From the IMG/VR virus record IMGVR_UViG_3300024999_000075, positions 17,255-81,254 of that record: a DNA stretch of 64,000 bases; one strand, 5' to 3'. Under the pieces are notes generated by a model. The model made no database searches, was not told the origin of the DNA, and saw only the letters and a program-made list of their open reading frames with translations. Position numbers and translations under genes: made by a program. This document shows, piece by piece, positions 40,901 to 50,321 of the stretch; the stretch's first letter is position 1, and each line of letters opens with the position of its first letter. Origin of the DNA: a virus.

Positions 40901-41244
40901 GCTCCATACTTCAGAAGAGTGGTTTCAAACATATCCACCAGAGCTGTGTACTCTTCATAAAACTCTGGGGGACCAGCCGGGCGCTTGCTGTACTCCGGTA
41001 GGAACTGTCTTCGGAATTGCTTACAATTCTTTCCGTCTTTAACTAATATTATCTGCGAGGGGGTCATATTCAAAGTAGTGAGAGTCCTCTCCAGGCTAGA
41101 TAACGCAATCTGATACGCTTCTTTATGACACCCTACTTTCACTTGTTTCTCGTTGAAGGTTACTAATTTTACTGAATCTTTGCTGGCTGCGGCGTGCAAC
41201 ATCATCTTTAAGATGTGTGAGCAATCTACTAAAAGTCTCTTCAT
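37951..41244 (-). CDS. polA: Family A DNA polymerase with fused 5'-3' and 3'-5' exonucleases
   Basis: EADD and GDSGDKIPG (5' nuclease); DIET, HN, YGCDD (3' exo); DFTGQEL, KAKPVNF..Y, IIQG, VYDE (pol). Confidence 0.95.
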   Translation of the reverse strand: MKRLLVDCSHILKMMLHAAASKDSVKLVTFNEKQVKVGCHKEAYQIALSSLERTLTTLNMTPSQIILVKDGKNCKQFRRQFLPEYSKRPAGPPEFYEEYTALVDMFETTLLKYGAISVQKEGVEADDIIAFFAKSLDCVIWSGDGDMLAHGDVFFDGELNKDHFCGIKKEHIVVYKSLVGDSGDKIPGAAGVGPQGFIDLLSKYGDESLDDLKAMLEEETLDELEAHAQDFKPFQKILDSKEQVYNSYKCAKPYHPGFHNLEYRMLYPSGDGSLTQWESTKELITKDKLTPDFLKKLSIEFRQAKLNGLDIETYITEEGKAWALANKSKTAKKPPIDIMGAILAGFSLCTGSNNHKNYYFSVAHKDTDNITLQQAEEILNLLPEEVPVIVHNTSYELSVLRNHFILKFDRGYLPPTTYDTRILAGYCDEYESASLKHWSEILMGYKQVTFGEVTEKPAFEFSDDNDDEVIKFEEESANVQMNELTGQEVLNYGCDDSVCSVALFRYAELLTKYEGSWNAYEKADLASQFLYAESFLTGVKFDLEKCKMLQEENQKIYDETIDCIELALEGMEWTTTEEIVREIPRITPENIMQIKDLAKLPPEYITHHHYWSGAKFVPATELSPAEIKRLFLIYTGRELKTSVRKIEKIVEKIREEGEVEFADAVESGLVSMNTLAEYSFSPKAEINLKSPKQKCELLYDALSYPIRIRGKLSDKMRAEGKTEGNPSANDDAFKHAIAYDARDNFEKDLLLHVVKATSCRTEDSLFYAPYQNMPHYSDGYVHPNGGQALTKSGRPASNKPNFSQVSKISRVREVYVPLEENHVWVSMDFTGQELVHTAVQSGDEAMLSCFRGEIRKDIHSMTGVEVYNYGIKAQYGPESDQLIDYDTFMTILKDDDHPLRKKIKDARTKAKPVNFLDLYLGTAITLAVDLMITKEEAQALLDAKTLIFPGVRKWQDDMTALHEERGYAVEPMGRRRHLRLDGTWKDKHELRGAINHIIQGGAATQTKIAMAKIWQQRVLETFRAYFLFPVYDEMNFSVHRGDVIPFLKVAHPIMIANYAGFPLEFESVIKIGRSFGELKEIGNTVDEEKINQVLAQL

Positions 41245-41555
41245 ATCTTCTCCCCATGTATATCAAGTAAAAAACTCAAAATCTCTTCCTTCTCATCCTC
41301 ATGTAGCTCATAGACCCGAGCCACTTGATCCACAGCCATTATGATACCCATACCTCTATCAATTAGTTCCTCAGCGCCCCATCTGGCGTTCTCCATGTTT
41401 ATTATTCTTTTCATCTTTCTTTTCCTCCCTCAGGTAATGGGCACCAATCCGGTATATTCCTGCTATTACTCCAATTGGACGCAGTTGATTGAAATACCCA
41501 TTTTAATTTAACACTGTGGCAATACGCATAAGCTCCCATTCTTTATCTCCTTCAA

Positions 41556-41595
41556 ATTAAAATAGCTCAGAAAGTTCTGAGAACCTCTGAGCTAT
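41556..41595 (-). terminator. Intrinsic terminator after ExoX gene
   Basis: atagctcaga...tctgagctat stem with T-rich tail on the minus strand. Confidence 0.65.
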
Positions 41596-41618
41596 CTATA
41601 TTATACTTTCTACTCCAG

Positions 41619-42266
41619 TTAAACGTGACTGAGTGTTAATTCCATATCGGGATCGTGACCGGGCTGTGCCTTAAGCCACCTAAGATACTGATAAGGAACT
41701 TTATCAATCAACAAGCCACGATGCTTACCATATGGCATAGTTTTAAAGCGAAGCGGGCGTTTAAGCCATTCTAACAACTGCCACACATTCATACCACTAC
41801 CTTCACTCATATAACAGAGCAGCCCCCACACATTTCTCACATCACCATAAGTTCTATGCGAAATATACTTTGGCAGGTCACAATACGTAGCTAGCGTATC
41901 CAACTGGTGGTTTGGAGCCATCGGAAGTAATCTTCTGGCTAATCTCAGAGTACATATAGTACCCACTATGTTCATGTAATCCTTAACCAGAGGGTAATCA
42001 TAAGGCACGTTATGACAGCATAAGATAACCTCACCACTTGGCCATGGCAGGTCCTTCAGTTGAGGGGCATCTACTATAGCCTCAGCTGAGATTCCATGTT
42101 TTGCCTCAGCCTCTGGAGCTATAGGAATGTCAGTGTGAACAAGTGAAGAGAACTCAGATATGATATCCAAGTCATCGCTGATCTCACACATACCTACTTC
42201 AACCACACCAATTGGATCTACCAACCCAGTGGATTCGCAATCCAGAATTATGATGTGATCAGGCAT
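41619..42266 (-). CDS. Exonuclease X-like DEDDh 3'-5' exonuclease
   Basis: LDCESTG, HNVPYD, CTLRLAR, HRTYGDV, C-terminal MPYGKHRG. Confidence 0.88.
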   Translation of the reverse strand: MPDHIIILDCESTGLVDPIGVVEVGMCEISDDLDIISEFSSLVHTDIPIAPEAEAKHGISAEAIVDAPQLKDLPWPSGEVILCCHNVPYDYPLVKDYMNIVGTICTLRLARRLLPMAPNHQLDTLATYCDLPKYISHRTYGDVRNVWGLLCYMSEGSGMNVWQLLEWLKRPLRFKTMPYGKHRGLLIDKVPYQYLRWLKAQPGHDPDMELTLSHV

Positions 42267-42519
42267 TTGACAGCTCTCCAATAACCTTTTCACAAGCATC
42301 ATGCTTCTGTACAAACTCTTTCATCTTCAACTTACTGCGTGCCTCAGCATACTTCTTCACAGCATCAATCTCATTCTTACTGATACTGGGGTCCATCCGC
42401 CCAACCACCTCCTCGATCCTGATCTTGAACTCTTCCAAAGCTTCTTCCTTGTCAGTACCAATAAGAAACAACTCTTCTTCAGCTTCCTTAATCGTCAGTA
42501 TCTTGATATCGTCTTCCAT
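42259..42519 (-). CDS. Hypothetical helical protein
   Basis: 86-aa ORF with GGGAG RBS. Confidence 0.55.
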   Translation of the reverse strand: MEDDIKILTIKEAEEELFLIGTDKEEALEEFKIRIEEVVGRMDPSISKNEIDAVKKYAEARSKLKMKEFVQKHDACEKVIGELSNA

Positions 42520-42536
42520 GTTATTTCTCCCTCAAG

Positions 42537-42713
42537 TTAAATTCTATCCATGTAATTTAATGGAAACCTACGTTTACCTGATTGTCTCTCTTCTTCCTTT
42601 CTTACACATTCAGGACACGCTGGTTCATCATAAGGTAAGTGCCTATACTTAATGATACCGAACGTCTCCCCTCTTTTCTGTTCTCTGCCGCACCTACATG
42701 TTGTTGGTCTCAT
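42537..42713 (-). CDS. Small Zn-finger protein (58 aa, not in ORF track)
   Basis: MRPTTCRCG...PACPECVRKEE; GAGG RBS. Confidence 0.55.
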   Translation of the reverse strand: MRPTTCRCGREQKRGETFGIIKYRHLPYDEPACPECVRKEEERQSGKRRFPLNYMDRI

Positions 42714-42728
42714 GTTAGCCTCAATTCT

Positions 42729-42828
42729 TGGATGGCGTGCGCTGGAATCGAACCTTCGCCTCCAGATATCCGTTCAAGGTAGCGCTACACCCTGTGTTAC
42801 CAAACACCCAGATCCACCAGGTACGCCA
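42729..42828 (-). ncRNA. Degenerate tRNA-like element
   Basis: TGGCGTAC...GGTTCGATTCC...GCACGCCA-TCCA: acceptor-like stem, T-loop and 3' CCA; no clear D or anticodon arm. Confidence 0.45.
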
Positions 42829-42834
42829 AATAAA

Positions 42835-42887
42835 AGTGGGCCAACACATTGTCCAGAGCTGTTAGCTTAAGAGTATGTTGGCCCACT
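42835..42887 (-). terminator. Inverted repeat / terminator-like hairpin after gene 42896-43708
   Basis: agtgggccaaca...tgttggcccact 12-bp perfect IR, followed by TTTT on the minus strand. Confidence 0.6.
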
Positions 42888-42895
42888 GGTTCAAA

Positions 42896-43708
42896 CTACA
42901 TTGATACCGGAGTATACCCAGCGATCACATCCATTGGTACAGTCTCGAATATGAAGATAGTATAGTTGCCGCTATCTCCTGACTTTGGATCTGCCTTAAG
43001 TCGTATACAGTCCTGATGGGTAGCAGCCATTTGGCCTCGCATGATGAACAGTGGGGCTTGCATTGCGAATGCCTTGAGCTGCTTCATGGCGGTGGGGCTG
43101 ATAGAGATCTGAACAATACCTAATCCTTGGGCCTTGTCCGAGTTAGCAGCAGCATTGAAAATCACTCCAAATATATCACGATACTTTGATGGGGGGTTGA
43201 ATTCATAAACTGCTGAGGTCTTAGGGTTCATGAAGAGAGGTTTACCTTTGGTGTCAACAGCCTTCTGAATGGACTCAACATACGCCTCAATCGTGATGGA
43301 GTTTCCTTCACGGTCGATGATATTCTTGCCATCATAAGAGGCACGGCAGAGTTTCTTAGCTCCCTTATCGCTCTGGTCAGCAATAGGTGTAACCATCCAG
43401 CGATCAGAGAGAGACAAGCACTGCACATCAACGAAGTTCCCAAAGGTAGCTCCACCAGCACCAGAGACACAAGCCATACCGTTGGAGCCGACGATACGAG
43501 GAAACAAGTTCCCGAACTCTTCCGGGTTGAGTTTGTTTTCGAGGGACATGAGGGAGGGGGCGATACGTTCTCCAGCTACGACGACATCAGCGGGAGGCTT
43601 TACAGCTACTTCTTTAGTTTCGGTCATAGTTTCTTCCTTCTTGGTTTCAGTTTCAGGTTCTTGGGTTTCGGTTTCCGGCATCTGTACTTTGTTAGTCCTT
43701 AATCCCAT
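42896..43708 (-). CDS. Putative ssDNA-binding/annealing protein
   Basis: Own promoter and terminator, located between helicase and polymerase genes; identity inferred from synteny only. Confidence 0.4.
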   Translation of the reverse strand: MGLRTNKVQMPETETQEPETETKKEETMTETKEVAVKPPADVVVAGERIAPSLMSLENKLNPEEFGNLFPRIVGSNGMACVSGAGGATFGNFVDVQCLSLSDRWMVTPIADQSDKGAKKLCRASYDGKNIIDREGNSITIEAYVESIQKAVDTKGKPLFMNPKTSAVYEFNPPSKYRDIFGVIFNAAANSDKAQGLGIVQISISPTAMKQLKAFAMQAPLFIMRGQMAATHQDCIRLKADPKSGDSGNYTIFIFETVPMDVIAGYTPVSM

Positions 43709-43764
43709 GGTGTTAGTTTCCTTTCTTGGCTTTAGGTTGTTGGTTAGGTACTACTGTATAAATC

Positions 43765-43793
43765 TTTATAGTTCAGTTTGGGTTGGAAGTCAA
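43765..43793 (-). promoter_or_regulatory. sigma70-like promoter
   Basis: TTGACT-17-TATAAA. Confidence 0.65.
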
Positions 43794-43936
43794 CTGTTAT
43801 TCTTCTTCCTGAAACATTTTTATGGCTTCATCATAACCATCCCAGTTGTCTACTCCAGCCGCCCTCAGACAGTGGAGAAATTCCTGGTCTTCTATGAGTT
43901 CTTCATATTCTTCCATTGTTATTGTGATGTGTTCAC

Positions 43937-45412
43937 TCATATTTCACCTCTTAATTCTTTGAATACTTGTTCCCTTGTCTTGGGCTTATCTCTAATAACA
44001 TTAGGTACAAGCCCACCCTTCATTGTCCCATCAGTATCAATCACTCTGGTTATCAAATCCTCCTTTTCAAGTACCCTCTTTAATAAAGTCTGCTGAATTG
44101 TCTTCCTCGCTATCAGAACAACAGCCACTACAGTCTTCAAGTTACCTTGCCTATGTGCTCTACCTACAAGTTGCTCATAATCTCTAGCAGTTACCGGAAG
44201 TTCAGAGCAAATCACCAAGTTACAGTTGGGGAAGTCCAACCCAACCCCGCCAGATTTTGGGTTGCAGGCTAGTCCCTTTAAAGTTCCAGCTTTGAATGCT
44301 GCTATATATGTATTTCTTTCCTTGGCATTTACCTCACCGTAACAAGCCCCAATACTATATCTCTCCTTCACCGCTGCATTGGTAGCCACATAGTTGTTGA
44401 AGATCAGATACTGTGAATCTGTCTTCACAAGGTTGTCAAGGATCTCGAAGCCCACAGAATCCTTACTGTATCCTATAGGGGATGGCAGCATAATAACTCT
44501 CTGCGCCCAGTGATAAATAGAGGTAGCATTCAACCCGTTTACCAATTCCTCGTCAGGCATTTGGATATACCTCTCATCCAGCATCCTGTTATAAGCCTCC
44601 AGATGTTTTGGATCAAGATCATATTCGATTACCTTTTGAATAAGGGGTGGTAGATCCAGGTAATCTGAAGACAATCTCCTTGATGCTCTATGCATGAGGT
44701 TGTCTCGGAGTAGATCTACGTTCTTGTACTCAACTGGTTGGTTGAAGTGGTTCTCCTTGGCTACGTGCAACCTATAGAATTGACTGTAGTTATCATAGAT
44801 TTCAGGCGTAAGTACTTTCACCAGCCCATATGCCTGTTCGGTTAATGCTAAGGGTGTAGCTGTCAACAGGCAGCAACCCTCATTAATCTTTTCATACTGA
44901 ATCTTTTCTATTACCGGCATCAATTTACCTGGAATTTTCTTTGTCTTTTCTATTACACCTCCTTGCAGTTGCTTGAATAAAAGGTTCTGAGGATTACAGA
45001 GGATTGTTGCTTCATCAACGATAAAATAGATTCCCTTCTGCTTGAGTAGATCTCTATCCTTCTGGAAGATTTGAAAACTCATAACTAAAAAGTCTGAGTC
45101 AGTATCTATCTTCTTCCTTTGAGCAGGAGTACCAACATACGCAGCAACCTTCACTCCCATTTTGGTTAACACCGAAACCCACTGTGTTATGATCGAAGCT
45201 GGACAAAGAACATAGCAAGAGTCAAAGCCTGTCAGCAATTTATACACTGCTATAAGCGCAGATATAGTCGTTTTGCCTAGGCCAACCCCGTGAAAACATG
45301 CAAAATTTGGTTCCAGTGCTCCCCTATTTATATCAATTACTTGATAATCATGGAGTTTACCTCCCTTAAACGGTAGCTTCGCATGTTCAAGTACCATTTC
45401 AACGGGGTTCAT
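43937..45412 (-). CDS. SF2 (SNF2-like) DNA helicase
   Basis: GVGLGKT, VDEA, LTATP, SGGVGLD, EQLVGRAHRQG. Confidence 0.9.
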   Translation of the reverse strand: MNPVEMVLEHAKLPFKGGKLHDYQVIDINRGALEPNFACFHGVGLGKTTISALIAVYKLLTGFDSCYVLCPASIITQWVSVLTKMGVKVAAYVGTPAQRKKIDTDSDFLVMSFQIFQKDRDLLKQKGIYFIVDEATILCNPQNLLFKQLQGGVIEKTKKIPGKLMPVIEKIQYEKINEGCCLLTATPLALTEQAYGLVKVLTPEIYDNYSQFYRLHVAKENHFNQPVEYKNVDLLRDNLMHRASRRLSSDYLDLPPLIQKVIEYDLDPKHLEAYNRMLDERYIQMPDEELVNGLNATSIYHWAQRVIMLPSPIGYSKDSVGFEILDNLVKTDSQYLIFNNYVATNAAVKERYSIGACYGEVNAKERNTYIAAFKAGTLKGLACNPKSGGVGLDFPNCNLVICSELPVTARDYEQLVGRAHRQGNLKTVVAVVLIARKTIQQTLLKRVLEKEDLITRVIDTDGTMKGGLVPNVIRDKPKTREQVFKELRGEI

Positions 45413-47418
45413 CTTCTTCCATCCTATCCCCAATCTCCCACAGCTCCAAGACTGTCTTGTCCGTCAGCTTACTCAGCAGCTGGAGATTGGTGTCATTGGA
45501 TCTGTCCAGCAGTTCCGACTGCTGCTCGAACGCTTCTCGAAGGTGGGTGTAATGTTGTTTTTGAAAATGAAAACCTACAGCAGCGGCACAAACCGCTATC
45601 CCGACTATGCACCCAACAAGCCTATCGTTGTACTCATAGATCATATATGTCATCAAGGCACAGCCGAATATGAGTCCTCCTATTAAACCCATCATTTTAA
45701 ATCCTCACAGAAAATTTCGCTGTTCTCTCTGTCTAAGCGGCAAAACCATCTGGAGAAATCATCCTGCATCAGTCTCCAATCATTGAAGCTGAGGTTTGGG
45801 AATAACTTCTGGAACTGATCGAAGTCGAGGTTGTACGCCTTAACGCACGCTTTCCTCACGATATCTGCTTTAGTCATAATTCAATCCTCCTGATCATCTC
45901 AATCACCACCTTACCATTGACAGGTATTGGCCTCCCATTGGCCACCGCCCACGTATAACTACGAGCAGCAATGATCTGGCGAAGACCATTTTCATCACCA
46001 CCAAAGTATTTACAAAGCTTCAAATGCTTCAGGCTATTCTTCTTAGCCACTTCGAGGAACTCCAGGGGACTCAGGTTCCTCACCAAGCTCCCTACAAGTG
46101 TGTCCCCAATGTAGTTGGTCAGATCACTCCTTGCCTCTTCTATTGTTGAAAATTGAGCTGGTCTGTCGCCTTTTTTGACCCTCTGGTCCTCCCATAGATA
46201 AGGAAGCTTAGACGTAATAACAAGTAGGTTCCAAAGCTGAGGGTCGTTGACATGCTTCCGATCCCCCAGCCCTAAGATTAGCTCCTTCATCATCTTATTC
46301 TTGAATGGCAGGTTGATGCAATAATACTCTTGTGGATGGGGCGCATAGTTGATCATCCCTTATCCTCCAGCCAACATAATAAGATCTTCTTATCCTCGAT
46401 ATCTGCGTGCCTTTTCCAAGTAGTAAATCTAATGCTGCTACACCATTTAGGAAAGAGATCTTGGTCACACTGTTCAAAGCCTAAAAATTTTACATCCTTA
46501 TCCAACCCATATTTAGCTATTTGTTTGTTTATAACTGCCCTTAACTCACTGAGCTTCATCCTCAATCCCCCCGGTATAAAACCACTCCTTAATTCTCTCC
46601 AAAACCTTCGCCTCGTTCCTATTGTACGCCATCCAGAACTTCATCCGAGGCATATACCTACCGTCAGGTCCAGTCAGATAACCGTCTGTCACCTCAAAGT
46701 ATTCCGGCAGGTACTCATGATCAAATGTCAGTTTCTGTTCTGGTGAGTGTAGGAACTCAGTGATTATTAAGGTCATCCCACACTCAACTGGGATTGCTAG
46801 ATCACATCTCATACCTCCTCCTCACATTTCGCCCGAGCCAAAGCTCTAGTAGCAGTGTATCCAATAGAATACAGAGCCACCGCCAATTCATCTGTGTCAA
46901 CATCCTCCACCTGATGTTTCAATAATTCACCTACCCCCTCACCACCAAAGTCCCACCAGATAATGTGAAGAATCTTTTGGTGGAATCTTTCCGGCAGTTT
47001 CATCACCATCGTCAACCAAAATTCCGCCGATCTACGTGATAGGTGGAGTACTTGAAACAATTCCTCCTCCATTACACCCCTACTAAACGCTGACACCCTA
47101 GCCATCTTCACATCTGAATCTTTATTCTCCTTGTTGGTTACGCTTACTCCTCTCTTCTCCCGTCTGGCTCTCTCCACCATGATGGCTTCCATTTCCATTC
47201 TCTCAAGTGTGCCTTGGATGTCAGTCAGCATGGATATTCTCCCATTCTATCCAATGAACAATGTTATCTACATCTTTAACCAAAGCCCTTGACTTGGCTA
47301 TTGCTACTATAGATCCTTTTCTCTTTCTCTTTCTCTTCGTGTCGGCTAAGAACTTTACCTCCCTACCTAATAGATCTCCCACCCAATCGTGAATTATCTC
47401 ATCTGGTTTCATACTCAC
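45399..47418 (-). CDS. Cluster of small hypothetical genes (45399-45695 membrane protein, 45692-45877, 45874-46356, 46353-46565, 46546-46812, 46809-47231, 47221-47418)
   Basis: Contiguous same-strand ORFs with overlapping stop/start codons. Confidence 0.55.
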
Positions 47419-48140
47419 ACCCCATGAACTCCAATAAATTCATCTTTATCAGCCATAGCCTCTTCGCTGACTTGAATCTTATCCACATTCAGACAGTCAA
47501 CGATACTGAAGTACTGCTCGTACAAATGGAGACCATCACTGAAGGCTATAATGGGACCGTCATCAACCTGAAACTCCATATGTGACCACACATATTCCTT
47601 CAACATCTGAAGCCCCCCAAGGTTCTCTGGTAGGCCAGCGTAAAGATCCCACGACCTGAAGTAGACACACATTTGGAACTTACCGTTGACAACCTTAAAC
47701 GAAATGGATCTGAGGCAGGGAGGATCGGACAGGAAGGTGGTTGACACATCCCCAATACAGATGGTTGCTTGATTGGTGTTACCTTTGGAGTCGTTTAACA
47801 AAACAATTATCTGGTCAATCTGCTGAAGTATAAATTCTCCGTAGGTATAAATTTCGTTAGGCTCCTTCTCTCTCCCCACAATGTACCTCTGAAAATACTT
47901 CTCAATCTTCTCTTCAGAGGTTGGTGGTGGGATTCCTGGAGGAGTTATCGGAGCAAATGGTGTACTCCAGGGTGCCGTTACAACCCCTGTAAAATATGGT
48001 AATTGTTTTCTGATCTGTCCTACATAACTCCCACCTTTCACCAGGAAGTCTTCCCCCTTCTGGATACAAAGAGACATTGCTTCCCGCCATAGACAGTCTA
48101 TAGTTGGGACTATTACACAGTTGGTTTCTAAATTTATCAC
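47415..48140 (-). CDS. thyA: Thymidylate synthase family protein (short, archaeal-like type)
   Basis: YTYGE, DPPCL, FRSWD, GLPENL, GLHLY. Confidence 0.85.
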   Translation of the reverse strand: MINLETNCVIVPTIDCLWREAMSLCIQKGEDFLVKGGSYVGQIRKQLPYFTGVVTAPWSTPFAPITPPGIPPPTSEEKIEKYFQRYIVGREKEPNEIYTYGEFILQQIDQIIVLLNDSKGNTNQATICIGDVSTTFLSDPPCLRSISFKVVNGKFQMCVYFRSWDLYAGLPENLGGLQMLKEYVWSHMEFQVDDGPIIAFSDGLHLYEQYFSIVDCLNVDKIQVSEEAMADKDEFIGVHGV

Positions 48141-48189
48141 GACACCCTCCCTAAAGAGGCTCCCATCTCTAGGAGCCCCTCCATTAAAT

Positions 48190-48279
48190 TTATTTCCAAG
48201 ATGGAAACTTATTACGCCATTTCCTAGCTGTCCACCCTATAAATATTCCGACTGCCAAAGCAATTAAATCTCCAATCAT
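48190..48279 (-). CDS. 29-aa single-TM peptide coupled to the TAXI gene
   Basis: MIGDLIALAVGIFIGWTARKWRNKFPSWK; ATGA overlap. Confidence 0.45.
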   Translation of the reverse strand: MIGDLIALAVGIFIGWTARKWRNKFPSWK

Positions 48280-49097
48280 TTCAACAGAGTCTCCCTATAG
48301 TTCAAGACCAAGTTGGAAAGCTTCTCCAGCAGCTTAGGGTCAGCTTCTGACCGTGCTACTACCACAGCGTCAACATAAATCGTCTTTACTTTGTCGGCAA
48401 AGAATCCCTTCTCCACCTGTAAGTTATCAAAACGATACACAGGTTTCCCAGTTGGCTTGTAGACATCGTTGAGATCACTATCACTGATACTAATCATCTT
48501 CAAACTTTTGTTTTTCATAACAGTCTGAAGCAAGTCATTATTGGCATCCGGTCGGGCTACCCACATAACAGCGTCAAGGCCAGAGTCAGGAGATGAAGCA
48601 AGTTTACCAAGCGCTCTGTTCCCGCTGGTGAAAGACACCGCAGCTTCCTTATAACCAGGCTCCAACTGCCGCATGTAATCCCAAGTCACTACTGATCCTG
48701 TACCTTGTTCACCAATGGCAATAGTGGCTCCCTTCTTCTGAAGATCGTTCTCACTCTTAACTTTCCCGTTCTTGTTCACTGCTGCGTAGACACACTCCTC
48801 ATAGAGTGGGCCTATAACTTCCACTGTCTGAACAGCACTAGGATTCTGAGACATGTAGAAAGCCAAGGCATCCATCTGAACCAAAGCTATATCCGCCTCA
48901 CCCTTGACCAGACGATCCAAGTTTTCTACTGAGCCTTTTGATTCCATTACCTTATCCTTACTCATCCCAAGGCCGGAGGCAATGTTATGGCCTACCTTGA
49001 AATACGTTCCTGTTGACTTTCCTGTGGAAATCCCCTCAGCGTTAGCCAACGAACACATCAACATCCCAACTGCTACCAGACCAATAATTCTTTTCAT
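48276..49097 (-). CDS. TAXI-family TRAP solute-binding protein
   Basis: Signal peptide; ISTGKSTGTY, SKGSVENL, ADIALVQMD, PLYEE, IGEQGTGS. Confidence 0.88.
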   Translation of the reverse strand: MKRIIGLVAVGMLMCSLANAEGISTGKSTGTYFKVGHNIASGLGMSKDKVMESKGSVENLDRLVKGEADIALVQMDALAFYMSQNPSAVQTVEVIGPLYEECVYAAVNKNGKVKSENDLQKKGATIAIGEQGTGSVVTWDYMRQLEPGYKEAAVSFTSGNRALGKLASSPDSGLDAVMWVARPDANNDLLQTVMKNKSLKMISISDSDLNDVYKPTGKPVYRFDNLQVEKGFFADKVKTIYVDAVVVARSEADPKLLEKLSNLVLNYRETLLK

Positions 49098-49115
49098 TCT
49101 CCAGCTCTCCCTAAA

Positions 49116-50144
49116 TTAATGTTTAACTACACCTGGAAGACAATCTTCCACTACCTCATTTAACAACGTCACTTCCAATGCTGTCATTGTCAGAGCGAAG
49201 GTAGACACTATTCGCCCACCCTCAATCAAATTATAATTGATACATGCTCTCTCAAGATCCTGCTGACACATCCTCACTGCTTGCTGAACTACATCTGGCA
49301 TAGTTAGCAGGGTAGACTTCATTTTTGTTAAGGACTTCAAAGCTTCAATCTTCTGTTCTTGGGTCATCTTCGTGCTCCTTTAGTCCACATTCGTAAGCAA
49401 ATTCTATCTTCTCATCCTCTCCTAAGTCAGGCCACTGGTTCCACTCATCAGCTCTTCCGTTCCACAGGTCTACAATGTCTTGATAGATGGTCATGGTTTC
49501 TCCTCAATATCTGGGGCTTCCAGCAGCCCCTGCTCTAAAGCATTGACTAAAGCATTTGAGCCTAGGGCATGGATTTTATGAGAGAAGAAAGCTTCAATCT
49601 CTCCTTTGGCTTCTATGATAGACTTCTCGGTCTGCTTATTAAATGAATCCAAAACAAACTTCAAGTTGGAAGTGATCTCCTGGTTGACTCGGTACAACTC
49701 TGCGGCTATTTCATTCCTCTCTGCCTTACTTATTGTCCCCGGTGCTCTCAACCTAGTCTTGGCTTGTTTAGCTGCTTTAGCAGCTGAGTCTAATAACACA
49801 TTGAGTCTGTCCTGAAACTCTGTACTGAGTTTGTCCCTCACATCGTCAAAAGGACATGACTCCATTGCCTTGCCACCTACAGCGTGGATAGTTACTGGAA
49901 CACCATCTGTGTTCATGTTAGTTATAGCCTCAACAAACTGAGTATAAGACATATAGACTTCCACGATCTGGTTTCTGGAGTGGTACCAATTCCTACTAAG
50001 ATCCCTCCGGAGTGAGGCTGTATTCACTCTCAAGGCTACGAAATTGTTGTGGGTTATAGATGAGCCAAATAGGTTCACCCTACCGGATACTCTACTGAGG
50101 GAAAGCATCCCATAGCTCTCATGTTCTTGATCCTTGTCTTCCAC
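49116..50144 (-). CDS. Hypothetical genes (49116-49367; 49491-50144 conserved phage protein)
   Basis: 49491 ORF has HESYG...LFGSSI...GVPVTI, a recurrent phage family pattern. Confidence 0.6.
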
Positions 50145-50174
50145 TTGTGTCTCCTTATAAAGGTTTATAGTCCA

Positions 50175-50203
50175 ACCTTACACAAAATTATTAAGCTAGG
50201 CAA
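50175..50203 (-). promoter_or_regulatory. sigma70-like promoter
   Basis: TTGCCT-17-TAAGGT with TG upstream; same GTGTAAGGT -10 region as the 3511 promoter. Confidence 0.55.
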
Positions 50204-50281
50204 TAGCCAAAAGTTTTTTGTTGTTAAATTTTTCCAGTGTGTTAAGCTGTGTATGTCTCCTTCATGGGTCCTCCTCCCCGC

Positions 50282-50313
50282 CTGCCGCCATGGTCCTCCT
50301 CCCATGGCGGCAG
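50282..50313. other. 12-bp perfect hairpin with GGA-rich loop
   Basis: ctgccgccatgg-tcctcctc-ccatggcggcag. Confidence 0.75.
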
Positions 50314-50321
50314 TGTTGTTT

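Noticed and set aside
37951-41244. Intein or intron explaining the long polymerase
   Set aside because: Length is accounted for by the fused 5' nuclease and a thumb insertion; no splicing or LAGLIDADG motifs seen.
42729-42828. Functional canonical tRNA
   Set aside because: T-stem has two mismatches and no anticodon arm can be assigned; kept only as tRNA-like.
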